NCBI GenBank assembly: GCA_027622495.1
Contig: JAQBYL010000001.1
Location: 1 to 55,109, forward strand
Reading direction: 5' to 3'
DNA length: 55,109 nucleotides
Source: Pseudomonadota bacterium
Lineage (GTDB): Bacteria; Pseudomonadota; Gammaproteobacteria; Pseudomonadales; Azotimanducaceae
Each line of letters opens with the position of its first letter. The first letter of the stretch is position 1. The notes beneath the pieces are model-generated. The model saw nothing but the letters and a program-made list of their open reading frames with translations, searched no databases and was not told the DNA's origin. The translations under genes were made by a program, and so were the position numbers. Below are positions 36,157 through 45,787 of the stretch, one piece after another.

Positions 36157-38041
36157 ACGCGTGCTGATTCTCCGTTGGTCGCTTTGCGTTGCTCTGACTG
36201 GCCTCGCTGCATTGGCATGGAGTGCGGCACCTCCACACCCAGGTCTGGAAGTTTACCAACAGCACTGCGCAGTCTGTCATGACAACCCGAGCGAAACCCG
36301 TGCGCCGCCCTTGAGCGCGCTGCAACAAATGGACGAACGCAGTTTGCGCGACTCATTGCGCGCAGGCGGTACCATGGAAGCACAGGGCAAGGTGCTGGAT
36401 CGAGCGGCTTTGTTCAACCTGGTGGACTTCCTTGCCATGGCGAAGGTGGAAGCGGGCGAGTGGCTGAGCGGCATGATGTGCAGCGAAGATCGCCGCTCAG
36501 TGAACCTGGCAGCGCCGCACGGCATGCTCAACTTTGGTGTCGATGTGTCGGGCCATCGCCGCCTGTCGGCGGCGCAGGCTGGGGTGAACAGTGCTCAGAT
36601 GGGCCAACTCGAACTTGCCTGGGCCATCGGCTTTCCCAACACCACTCAGTTGCGGACCTCGCCGGTGATCATCGGCAAGACCATGTTCTATTCGCCGGTC
36701 ACAACAGGAACTGTTCTGGCCTTTGATCTGGAACAACCGGCTCCCTGTGTAAAGTGGGTGCACAGCATTGGAACGGCAGGCCGGACCTCACTTTCCTATG
36801 GCCTGTTGGATGGCAAACCCGCGCTGACTTTTGCCGACCGGCAGGGCGTGGTGCACGCGCTTGATGCGGCAACGGGTGCGTTGTTGTGGAGTGAGTATGC
36901 GCCCCATTCACAAGGCAGTCGGGTGACAGGTGCACCGGTTATTCACGCAAACAAAGTGGTGGTCAATATTTCCGGCAGTGGTGTGGGCCGGGCCATGGAC
37001 CCCAATTACGAATGTTGTGTTGAACACGGTTCGGTCACGGCTCTTGATGGGGCTACTGGGACCAGACTGTGGACCTGGCACACCATGGTGGACGCAAGTT
37101 ATACGGGTGAAGTGAGTCGATCCGGCGTCAAACTTCGCGGTCCGTCAGGGGCGCCGATCTGGTCAACCCCCACGATCGATGCCAAACGCAATCTGGTTTA
37201 TGTGACCACCGGTGAAAACACCTCCCTGCCGGCAACCGATTCAAGCGATGCGGTTATTGCTCTTGATCTGGATACGGGCAAACGCGTGTGGGGCTTTCAG
37301 GCGCTACCCAACGATGTGTGGAACATGTCGTGCCGTACGCCGTGGGAGTCATCCGGACCCAACTGCCCGCCCCCGGACAAGAGTGTGCTCAAAGACCATG
37401 ATTTCGGTGCACAGGCAATTCTGACGCAGACAGCGGATGGCAGCGACATCCTGCTCGCAGGTCAGAAGTCAGGCGATGTATGGGCGCTGAACCCGGATAC
37501 CGGGGACCTCATCTGGAATGTGCGCTTTGGTCAGGGCACGCCACTGGGCGGAATTCACTGGGGCATCGCCATCGACGATGAACGGGTGTTTGCGACGATC
37601 TATGACCCGGCCCTTCCCGGTCCTGAAAGTGTTGCCCAACCGGGGTTGTATGCGGTGGACATCAGTACCGGCAAACTGGCGTGGCAACATCGCCTGGAAC
37701 CTGATTGCAGCGCGCAGCGGCAGGAGCGTTTTGCTGGCTGTAGCGGTCGCTTTGGTCTGTCAGCCGCACCGCTTGTGGTCGACAACACGGTGCTTGCGGC
37801 AGGTGCAGATGGCCGGTTCTACGCCTTTGCTGCAGACACAGGCGAGATCGTCTGGCAGTTCGACACACTCACTGATTTCAAAACCATCAACGGTGTTGAA
37901 GGCAAAGGCGGATCCATCGACAGCCACTCCATTTTCGCGGGTGCGGGGCTGGTGTTTGTTGGATCCGGATACGGGATGTTCGGTCAGCCGGCGGGGAATG
38001 TGCTGCTCGCGTTCAAACCAGCGGCAACACCTGAAGAGTGA
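36134..38041 (+). CDS. Quinohaemoprotein: N-terminal cytochrome c domain fused to a PQQ-type beta-propeller (polyvinyl-alcohol-dehydrogenase-like architecture)
   Basis: Signal-like N-terminus. CxxCH 'CAVCHD' at 36266-36280. About 520 aa of propeller follows, with repeated 'G.V.ALD..TG...W' blades. The ORF overlaps the previous gene, so the exact start is uncertain. Confidence 0.8.
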   Translation: MPIQSWCERVLILRWSLCVALTGLAALAWSAAPPHPGLEVYQQHCAVCHDNPSETRAPPLSALQQMDERSLRDSLRAGGTMEAQGKVLDRAALFNLVDFLAMAKVEAGEWLSGMMCSEDRRSVNLAAPHGMLNFGVDVSGHRRLSAAQAGVNSAQMGQLELAWAIGFPNTTQLRTSPVIIGKTMFYSPVTTGTVLAFDLEQPAPCVKWVHSIGTAGRTSLSYGLLDGKPALTFADRQGVVHALDAATGALLWSEYAPHSQGSRVTGAPVIHANKVVVNISGSGVGRAMDPNYECCVEHGSVTALDGATGTRLWTWHTMVDASYTGEVSRSGVKLRGPSGAPIWSTPTIDAKRNLVYVTTGENTSLPATDSSDAVIALDLDTGKRVWGFQALPNDVWNMSCRTPWESSGPNCPPPDKSVLKDHDFGAQAILTQTADGSDILLAGQKSGDVWALNPDTGDLIWNVRFGQGTPLGGIHWGIAIDDERVFATIYDPALPGPESVAQPGLYAVDISTGKLAWQHRLEPDCSAQRQERFAGCSGRFGLSAAPLVVDNTVLAAGADGRFYAFAADTGEIVWQFDTLTDFKTINGVEGKGGSIDSHSIFAGAGLVFVGSGYGMFGQPAGNVLLAFKPAATPEE

Positions 38042-38246
38042 TCGTCTGCTGACCGATCCTTCGAGGGGCGGTCAGGCTGACGCGGGCTTGTGGACGGCCT
38101 CAAGGTGGCGTGCCGGGTTGGTGCAGACAAAGCGATGTGAAAACCGCGCCCTGCGCATTTGAGGTCGGCCACCGGTAGCGAAAGGTGATGCAGCATATGA
38201 AGCTGATTGTTCATCGACTGCGTCACCTTTACCTTCCGGCTGTGCT

Positions 38247-39458
38247 CTAGTCGTCGGCCACCAGCACCAGCGTTGCCGTGGTAGACAGAGAGCCACCCGT
38301 TCCGTTGACCACACAGGTCCGTGCACTGGTCTGTTTGCCCTTGTCGCCATTGATGCCGTCTTCGGCGGTGCCCGAAAGCTGCCGATAGGCTTCGATCAGA
38401 AGCGGCATGCCGTACATACCACTGTGGTTGAATGACAACCCGCCGCCGTTGGTATTGATCGGCAACCTGCCACCGGGTGCCGCATGGCCGTTTTTCCACA
38501 ACAGATGACCTTCACCGCGCGGCGCAAGACCTAGCATTTCTGCAGTGATTGCCGCTGTTATGGTAAACGAGTCATACAACTGCGCCATTTCCATATCGTC
38601 GGGTCCGAGCCCCGCCATGGTGTAGGCGGCAGTTGATGAGATCCCGGCGGATGTGGCGGTAAAGTCGTCCATTTCGAGCATGTTGGAATGCCCCATGCTT
38701 TCGCCTGCACCGGCAATCCACACCGGTTTGGTATTCAGCCCGGCGGCAACCTTAGGGCTTGCAACCAGCACTGCACCACCGTGATCGGCGACCATGCAGC
38801 AGTGCAGAATGGTCAGCGGCCAGGCGATCAGCCGTGAAGTTTCGACCTGTTCAACGGTGATGGGTCCACCGAAAGGATGTTTCTTTTTTGAATACATTGC
38901 CGCGCGGGGATTCAGCGTCGCCCAGTCGCGGGTGACTTTGGCAATGTGCGCAAAATCTTCTGTGGTGGTACCGAAACGATGCATGTGACGAACCATGGCG
39001 TGTGCATAGTTTGACGGTGCGCTGCCCAGCCCGTAGGCCATGGTCATCTCCTGTGCGGGTGAGGCGACACCGCCACCGCGGCCATAGTTGCCCGCTCCGC
39101 CGCCGCCGATCTTGCGCGCCGAGTGACCGTTTTCACCGTGGCTAACCAGCGCGATATCGATAATTCCTGCATGGATTGCAGCCATAGCGTGATGAACGTG
39201 CATCTCGAATGAGCAACCGCCGACGGCTGTTGTATCGATGTATTTGGGCTTGATCCCCAGGTGTTCACACAGTTCAGAAGACCAACCGGTGGAGAAGACC
39301 CCTTCAATTTTTGCAATCGGCACACCGGTCTGAATGCTGAGATTCCTGATTGCCTCGATGTGCAGTTGCAGAGCTGTGACCGGTTCCTCCAGGAAACCGA
39401 TTTCGTTAGCCTCGGCAGCACCCACAATCGCCGCCGCCATGGATAGTTGTCCGGCCAT
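38247..39458 (-). CDS. Thiolase-like (SCP-x/Ltp-type) protein, partner of the DUF35 protein
   Basis: 403 aa. 'VGGCSFEMHVHHAMAAIHAG', 'LHCCMVADHGGAVLV', 'QLYDSFTITAAITAEMLGL' and 'NTNGGGLSFNHSGMYG' are present. Stop and start are 3 nt from the DUF35 gene. Confidence 0.85.
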   Translation of the reverse strand: MAGQLSMAAAIVGAAEANEIGFLEEPVTALQLHIEAIRNLSIQTGVPIAKIEGVFSTGWSSELCEHLGIKPKYIDTTAVGGCSFEMHVHHAMAAIHAGIIDIALVSHGENGHSARKIGGGGAGNYGRGGGVASPAQEMTMAYGLGSAPSNYAHAMVRHMHRFGTTTEDFAHIAKVTRDWATLNPRAAMYSKKKHPFGGPITVEQVETSRLIAWPLTILHCCMVADHGGAVLVASPKVAAGLNTKPVWIAGAGESMGHSNMLEMDDFTATSAGISSTAAYTMAGLGPDDMEMAQLYDSFTITAAITAEMLGLAPRGEGHLLWKNGHAAPGGRLPINTNGGGLSFNHSGMYGMPLLIEAYRQLSGTAEDGINGDKGKQTSARTCVVNGTGGSLSTTATLVLVADD

Positions 39459-39461
39459 TGT

Positions 39462-39884
39462 CTAGTCCTCCACCACGCGCCAGAAAGGGATGTGCATGTC
39501 ATCGTTCGCGGCTTCAAACTCAACACGGACTCTTGCACCGATCTTGATGTCCTGCGGTTTGTTCGGGTCCACGCCACGCAGCACGGTGAGCATGCGGTCG
39601 CCTTCGTTCAGGTCGATATAGGCGGTCACAAAGGGGGCTTCTTTTGCCCAAGGGCCGAAGGCCAGGTGCTGCACTGCATAGGTGTGAATCCTGCCTTCGC
39701 CACTGGCTTGCACCCACTCAAGATTGTTCGAGTGACACACCGGGCACAGAAACCGTGGGTACCAGTGCACCCGGTTGCAGTCCTGGCAGCGTGGCAGCAT
39801 CAATTTGCCCAGCTTTGCGCCCTCCCAGAACGGGCGCGTATGGGTTCCCGGTGTGGGAATGGGGAATGGGTAGCTCACTTGCAT
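39462..39884 (-). CDS. Zn-ribbon / OB-fold protein (DUF35 family)
   Basis: 140 aa. 'FWEGAKLGKLMLPRCQDCNRVHWYPRFLCPVCHS' is a 4-Cys rubredoxin-like ribbon, followed by an OB-fold segment 'EGRIHTYAV'. Confidence 0.85.
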   Translation of the reverse strand: MQVSYPFPIPTPGTHTRPFWEGAKLGKLMLPRCQDCNRVHWYPRFLCPVCHSNNLEWVQASGEGRIHTYAVQHLAFGPWAKEAPFVTAYIDLNEGDRMLTVLRGVDPNKPQDIKIGARVRVEFEAANDDMHIPFWRVVED

Positions 39885-39988
39885 GTCCTTAAAGGTTGAC
39901 GATGACGTGTTGCCCGCAATCCGACCAACACCCGCCCCCTATTGTGGGAAGTTCCCCGGCAAAGCGCAAAGGGCGAGTGGATCGGGCT

Positions 39989-40618
39989 TCAGCCGGGCAG
40001 GTGAGTCATGCCGATCTGTCGCATGATCTCGAGCATCGCGGTTGCGCCGGTACCCGCCAGACCGTTCATGACCCCCTGCTGATCCTCGGCATTGCGGTTT
40101 TGACTCAGTTTGAATTTGCCGGTCAGGGACCGGATGGTGATTTCAATCCCGACAATCTGACTCGCCATGCGCTCAATAAATTCGGCAGGAGCATCCTCAA
40201 TGCTCCAGCGGGGGGAGCGGCTGTGCTCGGCTTGGGTTGTGAGAGCGGTGATCTGGTCGCGGATCCAGGTACTGGTCTCAACCGCGCGAGCAACCCCGGT
40301 TGCGTGAACCACAGCGTAGTTCCAGGTAGGCACCACCTTTGCGTCGCGTGCCTTGCTCGGGTACCAGGAAGGTGAAATATAGGCCTGCGGACCGTGAAAT
40401 ATGGCCGTGACGCTGCTTCCCAGGTTCTGCCACAGAGGATTCTGCCGCGCCACGTGGCCACGCAGAATGGCGTCGGAGCCAGCGGTGTCGATGATGAAAG
40501 GGACGTGGTTGACAACAGGCTCATCGCCGCCAGTGATCAGGGTGGCAAGGGGACAGGCTGCGATCAGGGCATGCAGCGATTGCGGGCGCTGTTCAACGAA
40601 GTGGCTGGGCAGGTACAT
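39989..40618 (-). CDS. PaiB-family FMN-binding putative transcriptional regulator
   Basis: The 'MYLPSHFVEQRPQSLHALIAACPLATLIT...NHVPFII...LRGHVARQNPLW' pattern is typical of PaiB. Confidence 0.8.
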   Translation of the reverse strand: MYLPSHFVEQRPQSLHALIAACPLATLITGGDEPVVNHVPFIIDTAGSDAILRGHVARQNPLWQNLGSSVTAIFHGPQAYISPSWYPSKARDAKVVPTWNYAVVHATGVARAVETSTWIRDQITALTTQAEHSRSPRWSIEDAPAEFIERMASQIVGIEITIRSLTGKFKLSQNRNAEDQQGVMNGLAGTGATAMLEIMRQIGMTHLPG

Positions 40619-40699
40619 CAGAAATTGTCCTTTTTTTAAGAAAGCACATGGATCGACTCATGCGCTATATTCTCGACGATCGTCGACCCGGAGAGACAC

Positions 40700-41104
40700 A
40701 TGAAAGCAATCAAAATTTTCGGCATCATCCTTGCGGCCTACATCGGTCTGGTCCTGGTGTTTGAATCCTTGCTCGGTTACTTCCAGCCCGCTGACCCTAA
40801 TGGCACCCTCGTCATCAGAACCACTGGTGCCGATGGCAGCACCAACGACCGGGTTCTGTCACGAATTGATGAAGGCGATCAGCTCTACATTGCCTCCAAC
40901 CACTGGTTCCGCGACTGGTATCACGACACCCTGGCACGGCCCGATGTGCAGGTCACCTATAAAGGTGAAGTGCTCAATTACCTGGCGATCCCTGTCGATG
41001 ATGCCGAGTTTAAACGTCTGGACACCAAATACAGCCGCGGCCCGGTGTTCACCACTCTGATGGGTTTTGCACCCCGTTATATTCTGAAGATGGAGCCGCG
41101 CTGA
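40700..41104 (+). CDS. Membrane-anchored small protein, deazaflavin-dependent nitroreductase (DDN/DUF385)-like fold (tentative)
   Basis: N-terminal TM 'IFGIILAAYIGLVLVF'. The rest, 'LVIRTTGADGSTNDRVLSRIDEGDQLYIASNHWFRDWYHDTLARPDVQVTYKG', resembles the 'T.GrkSG..r...l....dg.y.vaS......WyrNl.a.P.v.v' pattern. Confidence 0.45.
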   Translation: MKAIKIFGIILAAYIGLVLVFESLLGYFQPADPNGTLVIRTTGADGSTNDRVLSRIDEGDQLYIASNHWFRDWYHDTLARPDVQVTYKGEVLNYLAIPVDDAEFKRLDTKYSRGPVFTTLMGFAPRYILKMEPR

Positions 41105-41121
41105 TTCTGAACAAAAACCTG

Positions 41122-44100
41122 ATGCTGCACCGGCGGACCATGTGGACCACACAGGTGCGCCTGGCCCGTGTATCTGCAGGGTTTGCGGGGTTATTGATGG
41201 CTTGTATGCTGACGGCACAAGAACCGGCGCGCTGGAATGTTTCTGAACCGGATTTCTTTGTCGCTCCACAGAGCATTGCCATCGATACCACACAAGGCAC
41301 CTGGATGAGTCTGGATGTGCATCCGCAAGGGACCGCCATCGTGTTCGATCTGCTGGGTGATCTGTACCTGCTGCCTATGGAGGGCGGTGAGGCCCGCAAT
41401 ATTTCCCCCGGGTTTCAGTGGGACATGCAGCCCCGTTTCAGCCCTGACGGCAAGATGATCGCATTCACATCGGATCGTGATGGGGGTGACAACATCTGGG
41501 TGATGAATGCCGATGGCAGCGAGCCGCGCCAGATCAGCACAGAGACTTTTCAGCTGGTGAACAATGCCTCCTGGTCTCCTGACGGACGCTACCTGGCTGC
41601 CCGCAAGCACTTCACCACGCAACGTTCATTGGGTGCGGGGGAGATCTGGTTGTATCACCTGCACGGTGGCAAGGGTGTGAGGCTGGTGGAGCGGCCGAGT
41701 CCCAAATTTCAGAAAGAACTGGGTGAGCCGGTCTTTGCGCCTGACGGAAGCGCCGTTTACTACAGTCAGAACGTCACCAGTGGCGATGCGTTTGTCTACG
41801 CCCAGGATACCAACAAAGAAGTGTTCCGGATCCGCAAGTATGTGATGGCCAGGGGTGAACGCCTGGACGTTGCGGGCGGGCCGGGTGGAGCCGTCACGCC
41901 CACACCGTCCCCGGATGGCCGTTACCTTGCGTTTGTCCGGCGGGTTCGCGCCGACTCGCGTCTGTTTGTTAAAGACCTGCGCACCGGTGACGAGCGGATG
42001 CTGGTTGATCAGCTTGATCCGGACATGCAGGAAAGCTGGGCCATCCACGGTGTGTACCCAAATATGGCCTTCACACCGGATTCGAAGTCGATCGTGTTCT
42101 GGCGCGCCGGTGGTCTCCACCGGGTTGATGTCGACACCGGCAAGGTCACCGCAATTCCATTTCATGTGCGCGACAGCAGAACCATCTATCCGGCGGTACG
42201 GTTCGAAACGAATGTTGAGCCGGATACGTTCCGCACCCGCATGCCCCGCTGGGCACAGCCCGTGTCTTCAAAACAGGATCGGATCATCTTCGAGTCGCTG
42301 GGTCGTCTGTACGTGAAGTCAGGCGATGCGGCACCGGTTCGTCTTACCAGAGATGACGCGCAGGTGATGGAGCTTTTTCCCGAAGTCAGCCGCGATGGCA
42401 AGTGGGTTTATTACGTTGCCTGGAACGATCAGCAACTGGGCAGGATCATGCGGGTCGCAAGCGATGGTGGCAGACCGAGAGCAGTCGATCTGCCAGCAGG
42501 CCATTACCGCGAACTTGCGATCAGTCCGGATGGCAGAACACTGGTGTTCCGACGTTCGAGTGGGGGAGCTCTACTGAGCGATGCTTCCTCCATGGATCCG
42601 AGTGTCTATCAGGTAGCCGTTTCCGGGGGTACGCCGCAGTTGGTCAGTCATGATGGCCAGCTACCTCAATTCGGAGCGCGCAATGACCGGGTGTATATGC
42701 TGCAGGATCACGGCACCGCCGAAGAAGGTGGGCGGCCACCGGTAAAACTCGTGAGCATGAATCTGGATGGGGGTCACGTTCGTGATGTTGCAAGCGTTCG
42801 GTTCGCCCCTTCGATCCGCATCTCACCGGACGGTCGCTATGTCGGCTTTGTAGAAAACTTTCACGCCTATGTGGCGCCGCTGCCAGACACGGGCAAGCTC
42901 ATTGATCTCGGCGCCAAGAGCGATGGCCTGCCAGTGAAACGCCTGAGCGAAACCGGTGCTGCGTTCCTCACCTGGTCAGATCTGAACACCTTGAACTGGA
43001 GTGTCGGCCCGACGCTTAAGTCGGCGGGTATGGACGCGGTTTATGCGGAAGGCTTTACTCCGGTAAGTGAAGGAGTTGATCTCGGGTTGGAGGTTGCGGC
43101 TGACCGGCCCCGGGGAACTATCGCTCTAACCAATGCACGCATCGTTACCATGGCAGACGACCAGATCATCGAGCATGGCACCATTGTAATCACAGACAAT
43201 CGAATTACTGCCATCGGCGATAGTTTGCAGGTTCCGGACGGTGCGCGGGTAATCGATGTAGCAGGCAAGACGGTGATACCGGGTTTGATCGATGTGCACG
43301 CACACGGTACCTATGCGCAGGAACTCATCGTGCCGCAACGCAACTGGTCGGCGCAGGGTCATCTGGCCTTAGGGGTCACCACGGTTCATGACCCTTCCAG
43401 TCAGGCAGCCGCGGTGCTGGCCGCTGCAGAATATGCCCGTGCAGGTCTGGTCACCACACCGCGGACGTATTCCACGGCAGAGATCATCTACGGGGCAAAA
43501 AGTCAGAGCTGGGCCGAGGTTGAGTCGCTCGATGATGCGCTGGCACACGTCCGGCGCCTGAAAGCGCAGGGTGCCATCAGCATCAAAAATTACAATCATC
43601 CCCGCCGGTCACAACGTCAACAGGTCACTGAAGCCGCCCGCCGGGAGAAGATGCTGGTAGTGACCGAAGGAGCAGCCCTCTATCACCAGGACATGAACAT
43701 GGTGGCAGATGGCAACACGGGAATTGAACACACCCTGCCGCAGCTTGCGATATACGACGATGTTGTACAGTTCTGGCGCCAGACGGACGTGGGGTATACG
43801 CCCACCCTGGGTGTGGGTTACGGCGGTCTCGAAGGCGAAAAATACTGGTACCAGCACACAGACGTCTGGAAGCATCCCCTTCTGTCTCTGTACGTGCCAC
43901 CACAGATCCTGCAGGCGCGCTCGGTGCGACGCGAGATGGCGCCGGACGAAGACTATGTTCACCGGGAAAACGCAGCGATTGGCAAACGTCTCGCCGATGC
44001 CGGTGTGCTGGTCAACTCCGGTGGTCATGGTCAGCGTGAAGGTCTGGCCCTGCACTGGGAGATGTGGATGTTTGTGCAAGGCGGTATGTCGCCGCTGCAG

Positions 44101-44361
44101 GCGTTGCGGACAGCAACGATTTCGGCTGCAACCTACTTAGGGATGGACAAGGACATCGGCTCTCTCGAGCCAGGTAAGGTTGCTGATCTGGTTGTGATCG
44201 ATGGTGATTTAACGGCAGATATCACCGTGTCTGACCGGGTTACTCACATCATGCTGAATGGTCGTCTGTTTGACGCAACTACACTCGACGAATCGTTAAC
44301 AGGTGATCGAACGCAAACGCCTTTCTATTGGACCGGCAGGCCGGAAAGTGCTATTCGCTGA
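41122..44361 (+). CDS. Exported TolB-like (PD40) beta-propeller / amidohydrolase fusion protein
   Basis: 1079 aa. Repeated 'SPDG(K/R)..AF' PD40 motifs: FSPDGKMIAF, WSPDGRYLAA, PSPDGRYLAF, ISPDGRTLVF, ISPDGRYVGF. The C-terminal amidohydrolase domain has 'IPGLIDVHAHG', 'GGHGQREG' and 'ADLVVIDGD'. Confidence 0.85.
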   Translation: MLHRRTMWTTQVRLARVSAGFAGLLMACMLTAQEPARWNVSEPDFFVAPQSIAIDTTQGTWMSLDVHPQGTAIVFDLLGDLYLLPMEGGEARNISPGFQWDMQPRFSPDGKMIAFTSDRDGGDNIWVMNADGSEPRQISTETFQLVNNASWSPDGRYLAARKHFTTQRSLGAGEIWLYHLHGGKGVRLVERPSPKFQKELGEPVFAPDGSAVYYSQNVTSGDAFVYAQDTNKEVFRIRKYVMARGERLDVAGGPGGAVTPTPSPDGRYLAFVRRVRADSRLFVKDLRTGDERMLVDQLDPDMQESWAIHGVYPNMAFTPDSKSIVFWRAGGLHRVDVDTGKVTAIPFHVRDSRTIYPAVRFETNVEPDTFRTRMPRWAQPVSSKQDRIIFESLGRLYVKSGDAAPVRLTRDDAQVMELFPEVSRDGKWVYYVAWNDQQLGRIMRVASDGGRPRAVDLPAGHYRELAISPDGRTLVFRRSSGGALLSDASSMDPSVYQVAVSGGTPQLVSHDGQLPQFGARNDRVYMLQDHGTAEEGGRPPVKLVSMNLDGGHVRDVASVRFAPSIRISPDGRYVGFVENFHAYVAPLPDTGKLIDLGAKSDGLPVKRLSETGAAFLTWSDLNTLNWSVGPTLKSAGMDAVYAEGFTPVSEGVDLGLEVAADRPRGTIALTNARIVTMADDQIIEHGTIVITDNRITAIGDSLQVPDGARVIDVAGKTVIPGLIDVHAHGTYAQELIVPQRNWSAQGHLALGVTTVHDPSSQAAAVLAAAEYARAGLVTTPRTYSTAEIIYGAKSQSWAEVESLDDALAHVRRLKAQGAISIKNYNHPRRSQRQQVTEAARREKMLVVTEGAALYHQDMNMVADGNTGIEHTLPQLAIYDDVVQFWRQTDVGYTPTLGVGYGGLEGEKYWYQHTDVWKHPLLSLYVPPQILQARSVRREMAPDEDYVHRENAAIGKRLADAGVLVNSGGHGQREGLALHWEMWMFVQGGMSPLQALRTATISAATYLGMDKDIGSLEPGKVADLVVIDGDLTADITVSDRVTHIMLNGRLFDATTLDESLTGDRTQTPFYWTGRPESAIR

Positions 44362-44544
44362 GACAGTATCCCGGCAGATGCAGCTGAACGGTTAGGTCAG
44401 GCAGCGAACACTCTCGACGAGCTTATGAGACCTTTGAAGCCGGCAACAACGCGCACCTGGACCAAAGAAGAACGTCTGCTTGCGCTGGGTGCCTGGGTCA
44501 ATACTTAACGGTTTTGGGCGGGCCTGAGTGGATTGTGCTTCAGC

Positions 44545-45690
44545 CTACCTGAGCCGATAAGCGTTCAGATCGCCCAGGTACTCCATGTGACTGGTGAATC
44601 GTTCCGGTCGATCACCGGTGAACAATTTCTGAAACAGCCGCTTCACCCGTGAATTGCGATCGATTACATCGCCGTGAAAATAGCTGTGCTGGTCACCGAT
44701 GCCGGTTGCGCGCGAAACGTCGATGTAGGTGGCGTTCGGCGCATTGAGGGCCTTCAGATAGTGGCCCAGACGGGGGCGTTGCTCATCACCCGGTTTGCGC
44801 CGTGCCCATTGGAGTGCATGGTCGTTTTCGTTGATGGTGATGTAGACGCCACCGCGTGCTTCGATCCGGCTTACCCACGCGGCGTGTTCGTGGTTGTTGG
44901 TGTCCGGGGCTATCAGACAGACATTGTCGAAAATCAGGCGTCGAATGCTTGAGCCACCCGGAAAGGTTGCATACTTCAGAACGTAGTTGCCCATGGAGTG
45001 GCACAGAAGGTTGATGGTGATCTTGCAGACGTCTACCTGTGCTGCAACAAAATCCGCCCGCGCGGCCACCAGATTTTCACCATGCGCCTCGATGCACTCG
45101 GCCCATAGATCTTCGTTCTGCGCTTCGAGCAGCATCAGGTGCAGGGCGCGCAGGTGTTGAAACACCCGATCAAGCGCGCCGGATGATGCCCGGGCGTCGC
45201 GTTTGTCGTCGATGTAGTTGGCCGTTCCAGACAATGCACCACCGCCTTTTGCCGGCCAGCTGAACGGAACAACGATCACATCCTTGTACTGAGTTTCGAG
45301 CGCGTTTGCGGTATGAATGATGTCTGCAACATCATTGTTGTACCCATGCACATAGAACAGCAGATGCTTTTTTTCCTTACGCGCCTGGCGGAACAGAAGA
45401 CAGGCGACTTCCAGGCTGCGGTAGTGAACCTCGCCCTCATCGATGTCCAGGCGGTAGAGTTTTTTGAGTTGCGCGACCCTCACCGGGTCGACCACATCGG
45501 GTTGAACATCCACGGTAGGATTTTTCATCTTGCCGCCGATTTTGACGACGCGAAGGTTGTTCACCCCTTCTTTGCTGGGTGTGCTTTCAAAAATCGCGAG
45601 TCCGGTTTTGCTCTCGTCCAGGTCCCGGTTGGTGATCAGGTACACTTGGCCTCCTTGAGCCGGTCTTGCGGCTTCAAGTAAACCTAACAT
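44545..45690 (-). CDS. Alpha/beta hydrolase, DUF900-like
   Basis: 'LFYVHGYNND', 'PFSWPAKGG...NYIDDKRDA' and the nucleophile-elbow-like 'LLCHSMGNYV' are present. Confidence 0.65.
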   Translation of the reverse strand: MLGLLEAARPAQGGQVYLITNRDLDESKTGLAIFESTPSKEGVNNLRVVKIGGKMKNPTVDVQPDVVDPVRVAQLKKLYRLDIDEGEVHYRSLEVACLLFRQARKEKKHLLFYVHGYNNDVADIIHTANALETQYKDVIVVPFSWPAKGGGALSGTANYIDDKRDARASSGALDRVFQHLRALHLMLLEAQNEDLWAECIEAHGENLVAARADFVAAQVDVCKITINLLCHSMGNYVLKYATFPGGSSIRRLIFDNVCLIAPDTNNHEHAAWVSRIEARGGVYITINENDHALQWARRKPGDEQRPRLGHYLKALNAPNATYIDVSRATGIGDQHSYFHGDVIDRNSRVKRLFQKLFTGDRPERFTSHMEYLGDLNAYRLR

Positions 45691-45787
45691 CGCGCGCGTC
45701 TGGTTCGCAATTCAGACGATGAAGCGCTAATTTCACAAGCAGACAACACGATCACAACGCAGACATACAAACAGGGAGCGTCTTCGC

